Shown piece by piece: positions 63,926 to 64,000 of a DNA stretch of 64,000 nucleotides. The notes below the pieces were generated by a model. That model saw only the letters and a list, made by a program, of their open reading frames with translations. It searched no databases and was not told where the DNA came from. Each line of letters opens with the position of its first letter. The first letter of the stretch is position 1. This DNA comes from an uncultured Gemmatimonadales bacterium. GTDB lineage: Bacteria; Gemmatimonadota; Gemmatimonadetes; Gemmatimonadales; GWC2-71-9. Where the stretch lies: the NCBI GenBank assembly GCA_963836815.1, contig CAWILD010000014.1:31615-95614 (forward strand), written 5' to 3'. A program made the translations under genes and the position numbers.

Positions 63926-64000
63926 GTGGATCTAAAGCAGCTTGAAACCGACATTCTCTCCTTTGTGCGTCGGGCCTACCCGAACATCGAGGTTCGGGTC
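63926..64000 (+). CDS. hypothetical protein, 5' end only (runs off window)
   Basis: GGAGGAA lies 3 nt before GTG 63926. VDLKQLETDILSFVRRAYPNIEVRV is open to the window edge. Confidence 0.35.
   Translation, partial: MDLKQLETDILSFVRRAYPNIEVRV

Larger units (their letters stand above)
48837..63926 (+). mobile_element. integron gene-cassette array (14 complete + 3 partial attC sites; no intact intI in window)
   Basis: Alternation of short ORFs with attC sites all in the same orientation. See the individual attC features. Confidence 0.8.

Noticed and set aside
48837-63926. The regularly spaced repeats could be taken for a CRISPR array.
   Set aside because: The repeats are 60-144 bp, imperfectly palindromic and variable in length. 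The spacers are 0.3-2.1 kb and contain ORFs with ribosome-binding sites. No cas genes are present.
34597-63926. The GCCTAAC...GTTAGGC family could be a REP or MITE family rather than attC sites.
   Set aside because: The conserved ends fit RYYYAAC/GTTRRRY exactly. The centre varies from about 10 to about 100 bp while the ends stay fixed. There is a single unpaired G in the inner box, a constant orientation, and a one-ORF-per-repeat periodicity. MITEs would have constant length and target duplications. A genome-wide scan is still needed.

Overview
This is a 64-kb high-GC bacterial chromosome segment with three parts.

(1) 1-16.1 kb is a conserved housekeeping block: pheS, pheT, a coiled-coil gene, zapA, rny, folD, xseA, xseB, ispA-like, dxs, nadK, recN, an outer-membrane beta-barrel gene, galK and tRNA-Leu(TAA). 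Several of these essential genes are broken by single-base indels, mostly in G/C runs. I read these as assembly or sequencing errors rather than real pseudogenes.

(2) 16.1-31.2 kb is a ~15-kb integrative island at the 3' end of tRNA-Leu, bounded by 53-bp direct repeats. It carries a tyrosine integrase, a Ser/Thr kinase, secreted S1 proteases and a glyoxal/galactose-oxidase-like protein.

(3) 31.2-64 kb is an accessory region of short, mostly + strand, mostly uncharacterised genes that I interpret as an integron gene-cassette array.
- The window holds 18 attC sites with both ends present. They have the form RYYYAAC...GTTRRRY, with paired inner boxes and one unpaired G, and are 60-160 bp long.
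- Fourteen of them lie in 48.8-63.4 kb, and there are also truncated and eroded copies.
- No intact integron integrase is in the window. Only a ~40-codon intI-like fragment is present, at about 50.15-50.27 kb.
- One attC is split by a 3.7-kb element with 33-bp terminal inverted repeats and a ~12-bp target duplication. The element has no transposase. It carries a decayed family B DNA polymerase of the protein-primed type, a kinase fragment and two captured cassettes.

A promoter plus GAAA-hairpin leader module occurs three times inside the island. Domain names (DUFxxxx and similar) are recognised from memory of motifs, not from searches. The organism cannot be established from the sequence alone.
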